Assembly: GCA_965247095.1 (NCBI GenBank)
Contig: OZ251997.1
Location: forward strand, 3,168,001 to 3,232,000
Origin: Candidatus Multivorans sp.
Lineage (GTDB): Bacteria; Acidobacteriota; Thermoanaerobaculia; Multivoradales; Multivoraceae
Length of the DNA: 64,000 bases
Reading direction: 5' to 3'
Shown here: positions 38,181-47,312 of the stretch, piece after piece
Layout of the letters: each line of letters opens with the position of its first letter
Numbering within the stretch: position 1 is the first letter of the stretch
Program-made: the position numbers and the translations under genes
The notes under the pieces: model-generated
The model's input: the letters and a program-made list of their open reading frames with translations, nothing else
Told to the model about the DNA's origin: nothing
The model's database searches: none

Positions 38181-41093
38181 ATGGATGAACGCCTCACGGA
38201 TCTCCCGACCCAGTCCACCCTCGACCTGAACCTCCCGCTCGCCGCCGGCGAGTGGCTGCGCCGCATCCGCGAGACCAGCCGCACCGAGGTCGAGAAGGGC
38301 CAGGTGGTTCGAGAACCTGTTCGCACGTCTCGCCCGGAACGAGCCCGAGTTCGAGCTCGAGGGCATCTGGCGGTGGGCGAATTGGCCGGAGCGCGACCGC
38401 CTGACCGGCCTGAGCGGCCAGGACATCGGCGTCGACCTGGTGGCGAAGCACCGGGACGGAACCTGGATCGCCATCCAATGCAAGTGCTACGCGCCGAGCC
38501 ACCGCGTCACCAAGGCCGACTGTCCGGCACACGAAGGTCGTCTTCTGCACCTACCAGTCGCTCATGCGGGTCTCGGAAGCCCAGGGGGATCACGGCGCCG
38601 CGCCCTTCGCCCTGACCATCGCCGACGAAGCGCACCGAACCACCGGCGTGCTGAAGGAAGACGCGAAAAAGGTCGACTTCCAACTCGTCCACGACGATGA
38701 ACGCCTGCACACGCGCAAGCGGCTCTACATGACGGCGACGCCGCGCATCTACACCGAGAAGTCGAAGAGCAGGTTGGCGAAAAGAGAGGTCGAGGTCGTC
38801 GACATGAGCGACGAGGCGGTGTACGGGCCGCAGTTCCATCGCCTTCGGTTCAAGACGGCCGTGGATGACGGCAAGCTCTCGGACTACCGGGTCATCGTGC
38901 TCGGCGTGGACCAGTCCCGGGTCACGCCGGGGCTACGCACCCGCCTGGAAGGCCTCGCCGAAGGAGACCGCGACAAACCGCCCACGCTGAACGACATCAA
39001 CCGCGTGCTCGGCGTGTCTCTGGCGATCAACGGGTTGAGCGAAGGCAAGGGAATCGAACGGCCGGGCCGGCTTGCGCGCACGATGGCCTACGCGAACAGC
39101 ATCAAGCGCTCCAAGTGGTTCACCGAAGCGCTGATGGACTCCCAGGTGAAGCGGGCTACGACGAGGCGGCTTCGCGGCGAGGAGCGAGCCTGGTCCGTGG
39201 AGGCGCAGCATCTCGACGCCTCGGCCAGCGCCTTGCGGCGCAATCAGGCGCTGCGGGAACTCAGCGACGCAGGCGGTGACGGGACACTGCGCATTGTCTG
39301 AAACGTGAAGCTGTTCACCGAGGGCGTGGACGTTCCCAGTCTCAACGCAGTGGCCTTCCTCGACCCCCGGGACAGCCAAGTGGATGTCGTGCAGGCCGTC
39401 GGCCGCGTAATGCGGAGGTCCGAAGACAAGAGGTTCGGCTACATCGTCGTGCCCGTGGTCGTCCGGCCCGGCATGGACGTCGCCGACGCCTTGCAGAACA
39501 GCCCCGAGGGCTACCACACCCTGGGCAAGGTGCTGCGGGCTCTGCAGGCGCACGACGAACGGCTGCACGAGGACATCGCGCGCTTCGTACAGGTGCATGA
39601 ACCAAAGCCGCGGGATCCGAACGCTCCAGGCGAACCCGCGGAGGATCCGCACGGGCTGTTCGACGGTGTGGATCTCAAACCGGCCGACGAGGGAATCTTC
39701 GCGCACGTCGCCGCCGCGTCGGGCCTGGACCAGCCCGGCAAGCTGGTGGCCGACGAGATCGCCTGGGCGGTGCAGAGAGCGGCGGAGATCTTCCAGCGCG
39801 AGGAAGTGGAAGAACCCCTCGCCGCCGCGCTGGACCTGCCCTCGGACAGCGAACAAGACAAGAAGGCCGTCCGCACGGTGGCCGCTCTGCTCTTGTGCAA
39901 CGGCTGCCTGATGCACCGCCGACTGCGCGATCTCCCAGAGATGAAGATGCTGCCAGGCCTCGGCCGGGTCGGCGCCACGGACGATCCGTCGAGCGTGCTC
40001 GGGGCGTCCTGGAGCACGATTCTCGATCTCGACTATGCGCCCGTGTTCGAGCCCGCGCTTGCGGCACTCCAGGCCCTTCCCAACACCAAGGGCGTCCAAG
40101 CTGCCCTTCGCGGCCTGTCGGAATGCGCGGACAACCTCGCGGACAGCCTGAACGATCGGCTACGACCACGCAGGGCCGCTCTACCACCGGATCCTGGGTT
40201 CGGCGAAGACCGACGGCGCCTTCTACACGAACAACATCTCGGCGCTCATGCTCGCGCGCCTTGCACTCGACGAGGCCTTTGTCGACTGGTCCGATCCGCG
40301 GGCCGTGGAACGGCTGCGCATCATCGATCCGGCCTGCGGTACCGGCACGCTCCTCATGGCGGCGTTGCGCACGATCAAGGCGAGGATGCGCGAGAACGAC
40401 GCCTTGGGCGAAGGGAACGACGAGCGGCTCCACCGGACCCTGGTGGAGGATGTGCTGTGCGGACTCGACATCAACCGCCATGGCGTCCAGCTCGCCGCCT
40501 GCAACCTCACTCTGGGCGCGCCGTCGGTGGACTACCGGCGGATGAACCTGCACACGATGCGGCACGGGCCCCAGGACGACGGGACGGTGCGGGCCGGATC
40601 GCTGGAGATCCTGCGGCAGCGCGAGGACGGCCCGCAGCCCACGCTCTTCTCGATGGCGTCGAAGCTCCAGGGAACGGACACCCTCGGCGGCGAGTGGGAA
40701 GGGCAGAGCCACGGCAGGGATTTTCCGCTCAAGGACGTCGACCTCGTGATCATGAATCCGCCGTCCACCGCGAACGACAAGCGCGGGCGGAAGTTCGCGG
40801 GCGAGGTGAAGAAGCTGATGCAGGAGCGCGAACTGGACATTCGCAACGGGCTCCTCCGCCGAGACGGGGAAGCAGGCGCCGTCCTGAACACGAACAGCAT
40901 CAGGACCTTTTTTACCCCGTTGGTAGACCAGATTCTCAAGCAGGAAGACGCAGCACTGGCGGAGGTCCTTCCCGCAGCGGCTTGCGTCGGCGCCTCCGGG
41001 GACAAGGAGCGGAGGCTCCTGGCAGAGCGCTTCCACATCGAACGCGTCGTCACTTCACACGATCCGAAGCGATCGAACTTCTCCGAGAACACG
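38181..41093 (+). pseudogene. Disrupted type ISP-like restriction-modification enzyme (Mrr nuclease, SF2 helicase, N6-adenine methyltransferase)
   Basis: DIGVDLVA..AIQCKCY; TYQS, DEAHRT, MTATP, FTEGVDVPSL, QAVGRVMR; GAFYT, DPACGTG, MNPPS; frameshifts at ~38300 and ~40157, deletion at ~38520, TGA at 39299, 3' truncation. Confidence 0.9.
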
Positions 41094-41307
41094 ACCGCCC
41101 CGCCGCCGGCCTCCGCCATCGTCGGGATCAGTCTTCGTCCCGATCGACGACCACGACCTTGGCTCCGCCCCGAGCAAGGAGGATCGCGGCGGCACGACCG
41201 TTCCCGATGCCGTCTCCTCGCGCTCCCGCGCCGGTCACTACGGCTGTCCGACCGCTGAAGTCGAAGCGATCCGCCGCTGACGGGGAGCCCTCTCCGCTAG
41301 CGCTCAT
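41085..41307 (-). pseudogene. Remnant of a short-chain dehydrogenase/reductase
   Basis: FSGRTAVVTGAGARGDGIGNGRAAAILLARGGAKVVVVD, then out-of-frame mid-protein piece IPTMAEAGGGAVV. Confidence 0.78.
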
Positions 41308-42866
41308 CGGTCCAGAACCTGTTCCCGGCACTCAAAGCTCGCCGCATCCTCGGCGCTTCCGCTACCCGAGTAGACCGCGACGAGCGGATAGCGGCAGATG
41401 GGCCTCGACCTGACGATCGCGCCCCCGCCATTCCGGCGCACGCCGTACAGCGTCTCGGGCGCGATGCCTTCCTCGACCCAGCGGACGACGGCCGCGAACG
41501 GGTTGTCGGGCGACAGGCCCGGAACGTGTCGGCAGTGCTCGACGCCGGAAGGCAGGAACAGGCGCAGGAAGTCGCCGGTCTCGCCCATGCGGTTCTCGAC
41601 GCCTTCGAACCAGTCGATCGTGCCCTGGGCGTAGATCAGCGGATCGTTCCAGCCGTGCCAGACGATCGCCTTGCCGCCGCGGTCTCGGAAGCCGGAGAGG
41701 TCGGTGCGGTCGGTGCCGAACACGCGCCCGAACTCCTCGACGGACTGATCCCAGTAGTGCTCGTAGGAGGCGTGGGTCATCCCGGTCCAGTCGAACTCGG
41801 GGTCGCGGGCGAGGAAGTAGCGAAACCAGTCGAGCGTGATGCGCAGCGGTCGGCCCATGGGGGGATCGCCGGCGGTGCCGCTGAGCGGAAGGAAGTTGGC
41901 GCCGCGCGTCAGGCCGTACCAGAGGAAGGAGCCGTCCCGCCTGCGGGGGCCTTCCAGGATCTTGCGAATGACGGCGACATCGGCCTCTGTGATCCTGCCG
42001 CAGCCTTCGGCTTCGGCGCCCAGCAGTTCCGCGGGATCGAACGGGCACTGCCGCGGCTCGGGGATCACGCCGTCGGCGACGCCGTCCTGGAGGTCGCAGG
42101 CTTCGACGGCCTTCTCCTGGGCGAGCCGGAACCGGCACGGCTGCACGAAGTGGCCACTCTCAAGCATGACGAGTTGGCCCCACATCTGCGCGAGGTGCAG
42201 CCGGTCCCAGTTGATCGCCGGTGCGCCGGAGAGCACGCCGTCGTAGTCGTCGGGGTAGCGCTGGATCTCCATCAGCCCCTGGCGGCCGCCGGTCGAGCAG
42301 CCCCGGAAGTAGGAGTACCGGGGCGCCCGGTCGTAGAAGGCCGCGGTCAGCTCCTTGCCCACCCGGGTCATCGCGTGGATGCCGAGGTAGGCGTTGTCCC
42401 GGATCAGCATCCACTCCAGGCTGCCGTCGGCGCCGAGTGCGAAGCTGCCGCTCCCGCCAGCGTGACCGGTGTCGGTGGCGGCTGCGGCGAAGCCCTCCCG
42501 GACGGCGCCCGGCAAGGGGCCCGGGCTGCCACCGGAAAAGCCACCGCCGCCGGTACCGAGGAAGCGGCCGTTCCAGCCTTCGAGGGGAAGGGCGACCCAG
42601 ATCGTTATGCGGTCGCCGGCCGGCGGGTGCCCGGCGACAACCGTTACCCGGCAGTAGGAAGGTCCGGCGTCACCTGCGGCATCCACGGTCGCGGACTCGA
42701 CGGTGGCGTCGGCGTCGGCGGTGGCGTCGGCGAGCTCCATGCCGGCCAAGCTCTCGCAGGTGCGTGCCGGTTCGACGGGGCCGTAGAGGGGCGGCGGAGC
42801 CCACTGCGCCGCCGCGGGGACGGCGAGGGCCAGGACGAGGATGGCGGTGATCAGGGAGTGCTTCAG
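41304..42866 (-). CDS. Tannase/feruloyl esterase family hydrolase
   Basis: WNGRF, TDTGH, GCSTGGRQG, YPDDYDG, WHGWND, GVEHC, RPICRYP; frame extends upstream to a signal peptide starting at CTG 42866. Confidence 0.92.
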   Translation of the reverse strand: MKHSLITAILVLALAVPAAAQWAPPPLYGPVEPARTCESLAGMELADATADADATVESATVDAAGDAGPSYCRVTVVAGHPPAGDRITIWVALPLEGWNGRFLGTGGGGFSGGSPGPLPGAVREGFAAAATDTGHAGGSGSFALGADGSLEWMLIRDNAYLGIHAMTRVGKELTAAFYDRAPRYSYFRGCSTGGRQGLMEIQRYPDDYDGVLSGAPAINWDRLHLAQMWGQLVMLESGHFVQPCRFRLAQEKAVEACDLQDGVADGVIPEPRQCPFDPAELLGAEAEGCGRITEADVAVIRKILEGPRRRDGSFLWYGLTRGANFLPLSGTAGDPPMGRPLRITLDWFRYFLARDPEFDWTGMTHASYEHYWDQSVEEFGRVFGTDRTDLSGFRDRGGKAIVWHGWNDPLIYAQGTIDWFEGVENRMGETGDFLRLFLPSGVEHCRHVPGLSPDNPFAAVVRWVEEGIAPETLYGVRRNGGGAIVRSRPICRYPLVAVYSGSGSAEDAASFECREQVLDR

Positions 42867-42896
42867 GAGTGGGTCTCCGGGGCAGCCACACGGAAG

Positions 42897-43038
42897 CCGG
42901 CGCTACGCGCCGGATGCGGGCAGGATGCCCGCGTGCCATCCGTGCGCCCCAGGACGGGCGCACGGACTGGGTCGCGAGTGGCGCGGATCGCGCCACTCGG
43001 GTTCCCAGGAGATGCGGATCGCGCCACCCGGTTGCCAG
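42897..43038 (+). repeat. REP-like family A, long form (core 42910-43009) plus partial duplicate of the last hairpin (43014-43038)
   Basis: Aligns with 28015-28127. Confidence 0.88.
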
Positions 43039-43095
43039 AAGCAGAGGGTATCGTCCGCGGCACACCGCATCTGAGTCGCCACCAGGAGACTGAAC

Positions 43096-44187
43096 ATGAA
43101 GAGATTGAACTCCCGAACCCTCCCGGCCGTTCCGCTGGTGCTTGCACTGGCCCTGGCCGCGGCATCCACGCTCGCCGGCCCGCCGCAGGCGGCGGCCCAG
43201 GAGCCGGGCTCGGCTGGCGCCTGGACCATCGGCGAGCACGTCGTGCCTGCGCCCGCGGGCGCCAGCGACGAGCTCCAGGCAGCCCTCGCCGCCATACCCG
43301 CCCCCAACGTGGCGGCGTCGCGACAGCAAGTCCCACAGAACGAGGAACAGTGGCTGGCGATGCAGGCGGTGTCCGCCAACGCCGATCTCGAGCAGATGGC
43401 CGGCGGCTTCGGGCTGTCGATCGAGAAGGACGAGATCGAGGGCGTGCCGGTCTACCGGGTGACGCCGAACAAGGTCGATCCGCGACACACGGATCACCTC
43501 TTCCTGCACGTCCACGGCGGCGCCTACGTCCTCGGCGGCGGTGATGCGGCGGCCTCCGAGGCCGCCTTGGTGGCGGCTCGAGCCGGCATCCCGGCCGTCT
43601 CCGTCGACTACCGCATGCCGCCGAAGCACCCGTTCCCCGCCGCTGTCGACGATGTCGTCAAGGTCTACCGGCATCTCCTGGAGAGCCGATCGGCGAAGTC
43701 GATTGCCATCGGCGGCACCTCAACGGGCGGGGGTTTGTCGCTGGCGTCCGTTCATCGCTTCCGGGCACTGGGCCTCGAGACACCCGGCGCCATCTACGCG
43801 GGAACACCGTGGGCAGACCTGACCAAGACGGGGGACACCCTGTTCACCAACGAAGGGCTGGATCGCGTTCTCGTGACCTACGACGGGCTCCTGGGGGCGG
43901 CCGCGCGGCTGTACGCCGGCGACCACGACCTCAAGGACCCGCTCATCTCCCCTGTGTACGGTGATTTCGCGGGATTTCCGCCGACGTTTCTCATCACCGG
44001 CACACGCGACCTGTTCCTGAGCGACACGGCGCGCACCCACCGCAAGCTGCGCGCGGCGGGAGTGGACGCCGACCTTCACGTCTACGAAGGCGTCGCGCAC
44101 GCGGACTATCTGATCCTCACCGAATCGCCGGAGTCGAAGGACGTGTTCAGGGAGGTCGGCGCGTTCTTCAAGAAGCACCTGGAGTGA
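43096..44187 (+). CDS. Secreted alpha/beta hydrolase (HSL family esterase)
   Basis: Signal peptide, HGGAY, VDYR, GTSTGG, GTRD, EGVAH. Confidence 0.92.
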   Translation: MKRLNSRTLPAVPLVLALALAAASTLAGPPQAAAQEPGSAGAWTIGEHVVPAPAGASDELQAALAAIPAPNVAASRQQVPQNEEQWLAMQAVSANADLEQMAGGFGLSIEKDEIEGVPVYRVTPNKVDPRHTDHLFLHVHGGAYVLGGGDAAASEAALVAARAGIPAVSVDYRMPPKHPFPAAVDDVVKVYRHLLESRSAKSIAIGGTSTGGGLSLASVHRFRALGLETPGAIYAGTPWADLTKTGDTLFTNEGLDRVLVTYDGLLGAAARLYAGDHDLKDPLISPVYGDFAGFPPTFLITGTRDLFLSDTARTHRKLRAAGVDADLHVYEGVAHADYLILTESPESKDVFREVGAFFKKHLE

Positions 44188-44205
44188 TCGGGCTGGCGCT
44201 GCGCG

Positions 44206-44305
44206 CCCGATGCGGGCGAGACGCCCGGGTTCCATCCGTGCGCCCGGTGACGGGCGCGCGGAGTGGTTCGCGGGTGGCGCGGAGCGCGCCACCCGGGTTC
44301 CCAGG
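44206..44305 (+). repeat. REP-like family A, long form
   Basis: Aligns with the other copies; lies between convergent genes. Confidence 0.88.
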
Positions 44306-44316
44306 TGTTCCGGGTG

Positions 44317-44688
44317 CTAGCTGCTGCGGTTGGCCGTGAACTCGCGCTCGCGCCGGGGGGTGACCATCTTGCCGGTCATCGTGTCGCCGTCGACGGACGC
44401 CTCGTAGTTGAGGTTGAAGGTCTGACCACCCCTGCCCACCTCGCGTCCGAACTTCAGCATCTCGCCGTCCCAGGACACGTCCTTCAGGTCGCCCGAGTTG
44501 CGCGGGTTGCTCCAGGCGCCCTTGAGTTCTCCCTCGACCTCCGTGAACTCGTACACGACCTCGAAGGTGCCTTGGGGCGTTTCGGCCATCGACGTCCACT
44601 TGCCGAGGACGGGGGCGTTGTCGGCTGCCAGCGCGGCCGGGGCCAGCGCCAGGACGACGGCAGCGGCGATCAGTACGGTCTGTCTCAT
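44317..44688 (-). CDS. Secreted hypothetical beta-rich protein
   Basis: GAGGAG RBS, signal peptide ending ALA, GKW...MTGKM..EFTANR. Confidence 0.75.
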   Translation of the reverse strand: MRQTVLIAAAVVLALAPAALAADNAPVLGKWTSMAETPQGTFEVVYEFTEVEGELKGAWSNPRNSGDLKDVSWDGEMLKFGREVGRGGQTFNLNYEASVDGDTMTGKMVTPRREREFTANRSS

Positions 44689-44733
44689 GGCAGGCTCCTC
44701 GACTGTTGTTCGGATGCGGGTATCTTAGCCGTG

Positions 44734-45483
44734 ATGAAGATCGATCACTTCATGTACGCGGTCGCCTCGCTCGACGAAGGCATGGCGTGGGCCGAGGACG
44801 CGTTCGGCGTGGCGCCCGTCTTCGGCGGCTCCCATGTCGGCCTCGGAACCCGGAACGCCCTGCTTGCCTTGCGAGCTAGCGCCGCAGAACGCAGCGAAGC
44901 GAGTTCGGGGCGCAAGCTCGCAGGCGAGGACGGGATGGGCCGAAACACCGAGCCTGCGAGGCGTTTCGGGGCGCTGGGCGACACCTACCTTGAGATCATC
45001 GCGCCGGACCCCGCGCAGTCGGTCGAGAACCAGATGGTGGAGCGCATGTTGAAGCTCAGCGCGGGCGGACTGGTGACCTGGGCGGCGGAAGGCGATCTCA
45101 CGGTCACGAAGGGCCTGCTCGAAGAAGCCGGGATCTCGTCCGTTGGCCCCGCCGAGACAAGGCGGCGTACGGCCGAAGGGGGATTGCTGATCTGGGATCT
45201 GCTCTTTCCGCAGGACGGCGGCTACGGGATGCCCTTCTTCATCGACTGGCGGGATTGCCCCCACCCGGCGGCGACGACGCCGGTGGGCGGGACGCTGCTG
45301 TCGCTCGGGATCTCGACGCCGGATGCGGAGGCGCTCGGAGCGGTGCTCGCGACGATCGGGCTCAACGTCGAGGTCTCGGAGGGAGAGGCGAGGTTGGAGG
45401 TAGCGATCGAAGGCACGAAGGGGCCCGTCGTCCTGGCTTCCACCGACGAGACCCGCCGGCTGCAGCCGTCCTCGCGGCGTTGA
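44734..45483 (+). CDS. VOC family (glyoxalase-like) protein carrying a 35-aa insertion
   Basis: IDHFMYAVASLDEG..GGSHVGLGTRNALL [insert] ALGDTYLEIIAPDP..PFFIDW..HPA. Confidence 0.85.
   Translation: MKIDHFMYAVASLDEGMAWAEDAFGVAPVFGGSHVGLGTRNALLALRASAAERSEASSGRKLAGEDGMGRNTEPARRFGALGDTYLEIIAPDPAQSVENQMVERMLKLSAGGLVTWAAEGDLTVTKGLLEEAGISSVGPAETRRRTAEGGLLIWDLLFPQDGGYGMPFFIDWRDCPHPAATTPVGGTLLSLGISTPDAEALGAVLATIGLNVEVSEGEARLEVAIEGTKGPVVLASTDETRRLQPSSRR
44866..44970. repeat. 105-nt double-hairpin element (family B) in frame inside the VOC gene
   Basis: Arms TGCGAGCT/AGCTCGCA, GCGCC/GGCGC, GAAC/GTTC; second hairpin CCGAAAC..GCCT-GCG-AGGC-GTTTCGG; single copy in this window. Confidence 0.7.
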
Positions 45484-45515
45484 CACCGTGCCTGCCTGAG
45501 CGGAAGCCGCCTACG

Positions 45516-45716
45516 GCGGATGCGGGCAAGATGCCCGCGTGCCATCCGTGCGCCCGATGACGGGCGCGCGGAGTGGTTCACGGATGGCGCGGAACGCGCC
45601 ACCCGGGTTCCCAGGTCCAGATGCGGGCGGGACGCCCGCGTTCCATCCGCGCGCCCGATGACGGGCGCACGGACTGGTTCACGGATGGCGCGGAACGCGC
45701 CACCCGGGTTCCCAGG
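45516..45716 (+). repeat. Two tandem long-form family A repeats (45516-45615, 45617-45716)
   Basis: Two adjacent 100-nt copies. Confidence 0.9.
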
Positions 45717-45808
45717 GGCCGGAGAGTCACACCTCCAGGATCCTGTAGTTTGTCGGCCGCACGCAAGCACACAAGGTCCGACCGCGCGAAACGACAAGGA
45801 GAAGCACG

Positions 45809-46492
45809 ATGACCCCGAACAACCAGGATAGGCCCATTCGTCGAGTTGGGCGTCTAGTCGCGATCGCGGCCATCGGCCTCGCGGCCGCCATCCCGGCTGC
45901 CGCTCAGCTCAACATCGACGATTGGGCCGAACAGGCGGGGCGCGACATCGTGTGGAAGCAGACCCAGTTGAGCGACACCGTCTACCTGCTCCTGCCCGAG
46001 CCGGGGCTGGCGGGCAACCTCGCGGTCTCAGCGGGCGAGGACGGCATCCTGATCGTCGACGATGCGATGATCCCGGTGGCGCCGAAGATCAAGGCGGCGG
46101 TCGAGAAGATCCAGAAGGGCAGGATCGACTTCGTGGTCAACAGCCACGGCGACCAGTTCCCGAACCTCGGCGGCTACCCGTACATCGATCGGGACGTTGG
46201 CGGCAGTGCCCTCGGCCTGCGCGACAACATGGCCCAACTGCTCGAGATCGTGGACGACGAGACGAAGATCATTCCCGGCCACGGGCCGCTGGCGACGAAG
46301 GCCGATCTGCAGAAGTACCATGACTACGTCGCGGAGACGATCGACTACATCGAGGGCCAGAAGAGCGCCGGCAAGTCGCTCGAAGAGGTCCAGGAGGCCG
46401 GTCTGCCGGAGAAGTACGCGCCGTACGGCAACGGCCCGCTGTCGCCGGCACCGGTCTGGATCGGGTACGTCTGGGCGAGCCTCGACGACTGA
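45809..46492 (+). pseudogene. MBL-fold metallo-hydrolase (cyclase-like) with an in-frame internal deletion
   Basis: GNLAVSAGEDGILIVD and IIPGHG present, but VVNSH runs straight into GDQF..YPYID; the HxHxDH motif and central region are missing. Confidence 0.72.
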
Positions 46493-46502
46493 GAAGGCAC
46501 CC

Positions 46503-47312
46503 GTGCTAGTCCCCACTCCTCCGTCGGGCGCGGCGATATCCAACGACGTCGTGATCGACGTCCGGGAACTCCGAAAGAGCTACAAGGATCTTGTGGCTGT
46601 GGAGGGGATCTCGTTCGAGGTCTATCGCGGCGAGATCTTCGGCATGCTGGGGCCCAACGGCGCCGGCAAGACGACCACGGTTGAGATTCTGGAGGGACTG
46701 CGCGACCTGGACGGCGGCGAAGCGTTCATCAATGGCATCGACGTCACGAAGAACCGGCGACGCGTCAAGGGCATGATCGGCGTGCAGCTCCAACAGAACG
46801 CGTTCTTCGACAATCTGACGCTCAGAGAGACGGTCCAACTCTTCGCGACACTCTACGGCTCGAGCGCGTCGCCGGACGAGATGTTGGCCAAGGTCGATCT
46901 GGCGGACCGGGCCAGGTCACAGTACAAACACCTGTCCGGAGGCCAGAGGCAGCGCTTCTCGATCGCAGTCGCCATGGTCAACCAGCCGGTGGCGATGTTC
47001 CTCGACGAACCGACGACGGGGCTCGATCCTCAGGCCCGCCGCAACATGTGGAAACTGATCGACGGCCTGCGCTCCGACGGCATGGCGATCATGTTGACGA
47101 CCCACTACATGGAGGAAGCGGAAGTCCTTTGCGACCGCGTAGCGGTGATCGATCACGGTGCGATCGTCGCCATCGACAAGCCGCAGGTGCTGATCGAGCA
47201 GTTGGCGGGCCGCGGCGGAGAATCAGTCCGCAGGGACGGGGCGTTGACGCTGGAAGATGTCTTCATCGATCTGACCGGACACGGTCTCGCCGAAGAGGGG
47301 TTGTCAGATTGA
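46503..47312 (+). CDS. ABC transporter ATP-binding protein
   Basis: GPNGAGKT, LSGGQRQR, FLDEPTTGLD, TTHYMEEA; start uncertain (GTG 46503 or 46551). Confidence 0.95.
   Translation: MLVPTPPSGAAISNDVVIDVRELRKSYKDLVAVEGISFEVYRGEIFGMLGPNGAGKTTTVEILEGLRDLDGGEAFINGIDVTKNRRRVKGMIGVQLQQNAFFDNLTLRETVQLFATLYGSSASPDEMLAKVDLADRARSQYKHLSGGQRQRFSIAVAMVNQPVAMFLDEPTTGLDPQARRNMWKLIDGLRSDGMAIMLTTHYMEEAEVLCDRVAVIDHGAIVAIDKPQVLIEQLAGRGGESVRRDGALTLEDVFIDLTGHGLAEEGLSD

Noticed and set aside
39299-39301. TGA as selenocysteine or programmed readthrough at a likely Cys position
   Set aside because: The gene has several other inactivating lesions, so a nonsense mutation is simpler
45516-45716. Tandem repeats as a CRISPR array
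   Set aside because: 100-nt units with no unique spacers, dispersed copies elsewhere, no cas genes
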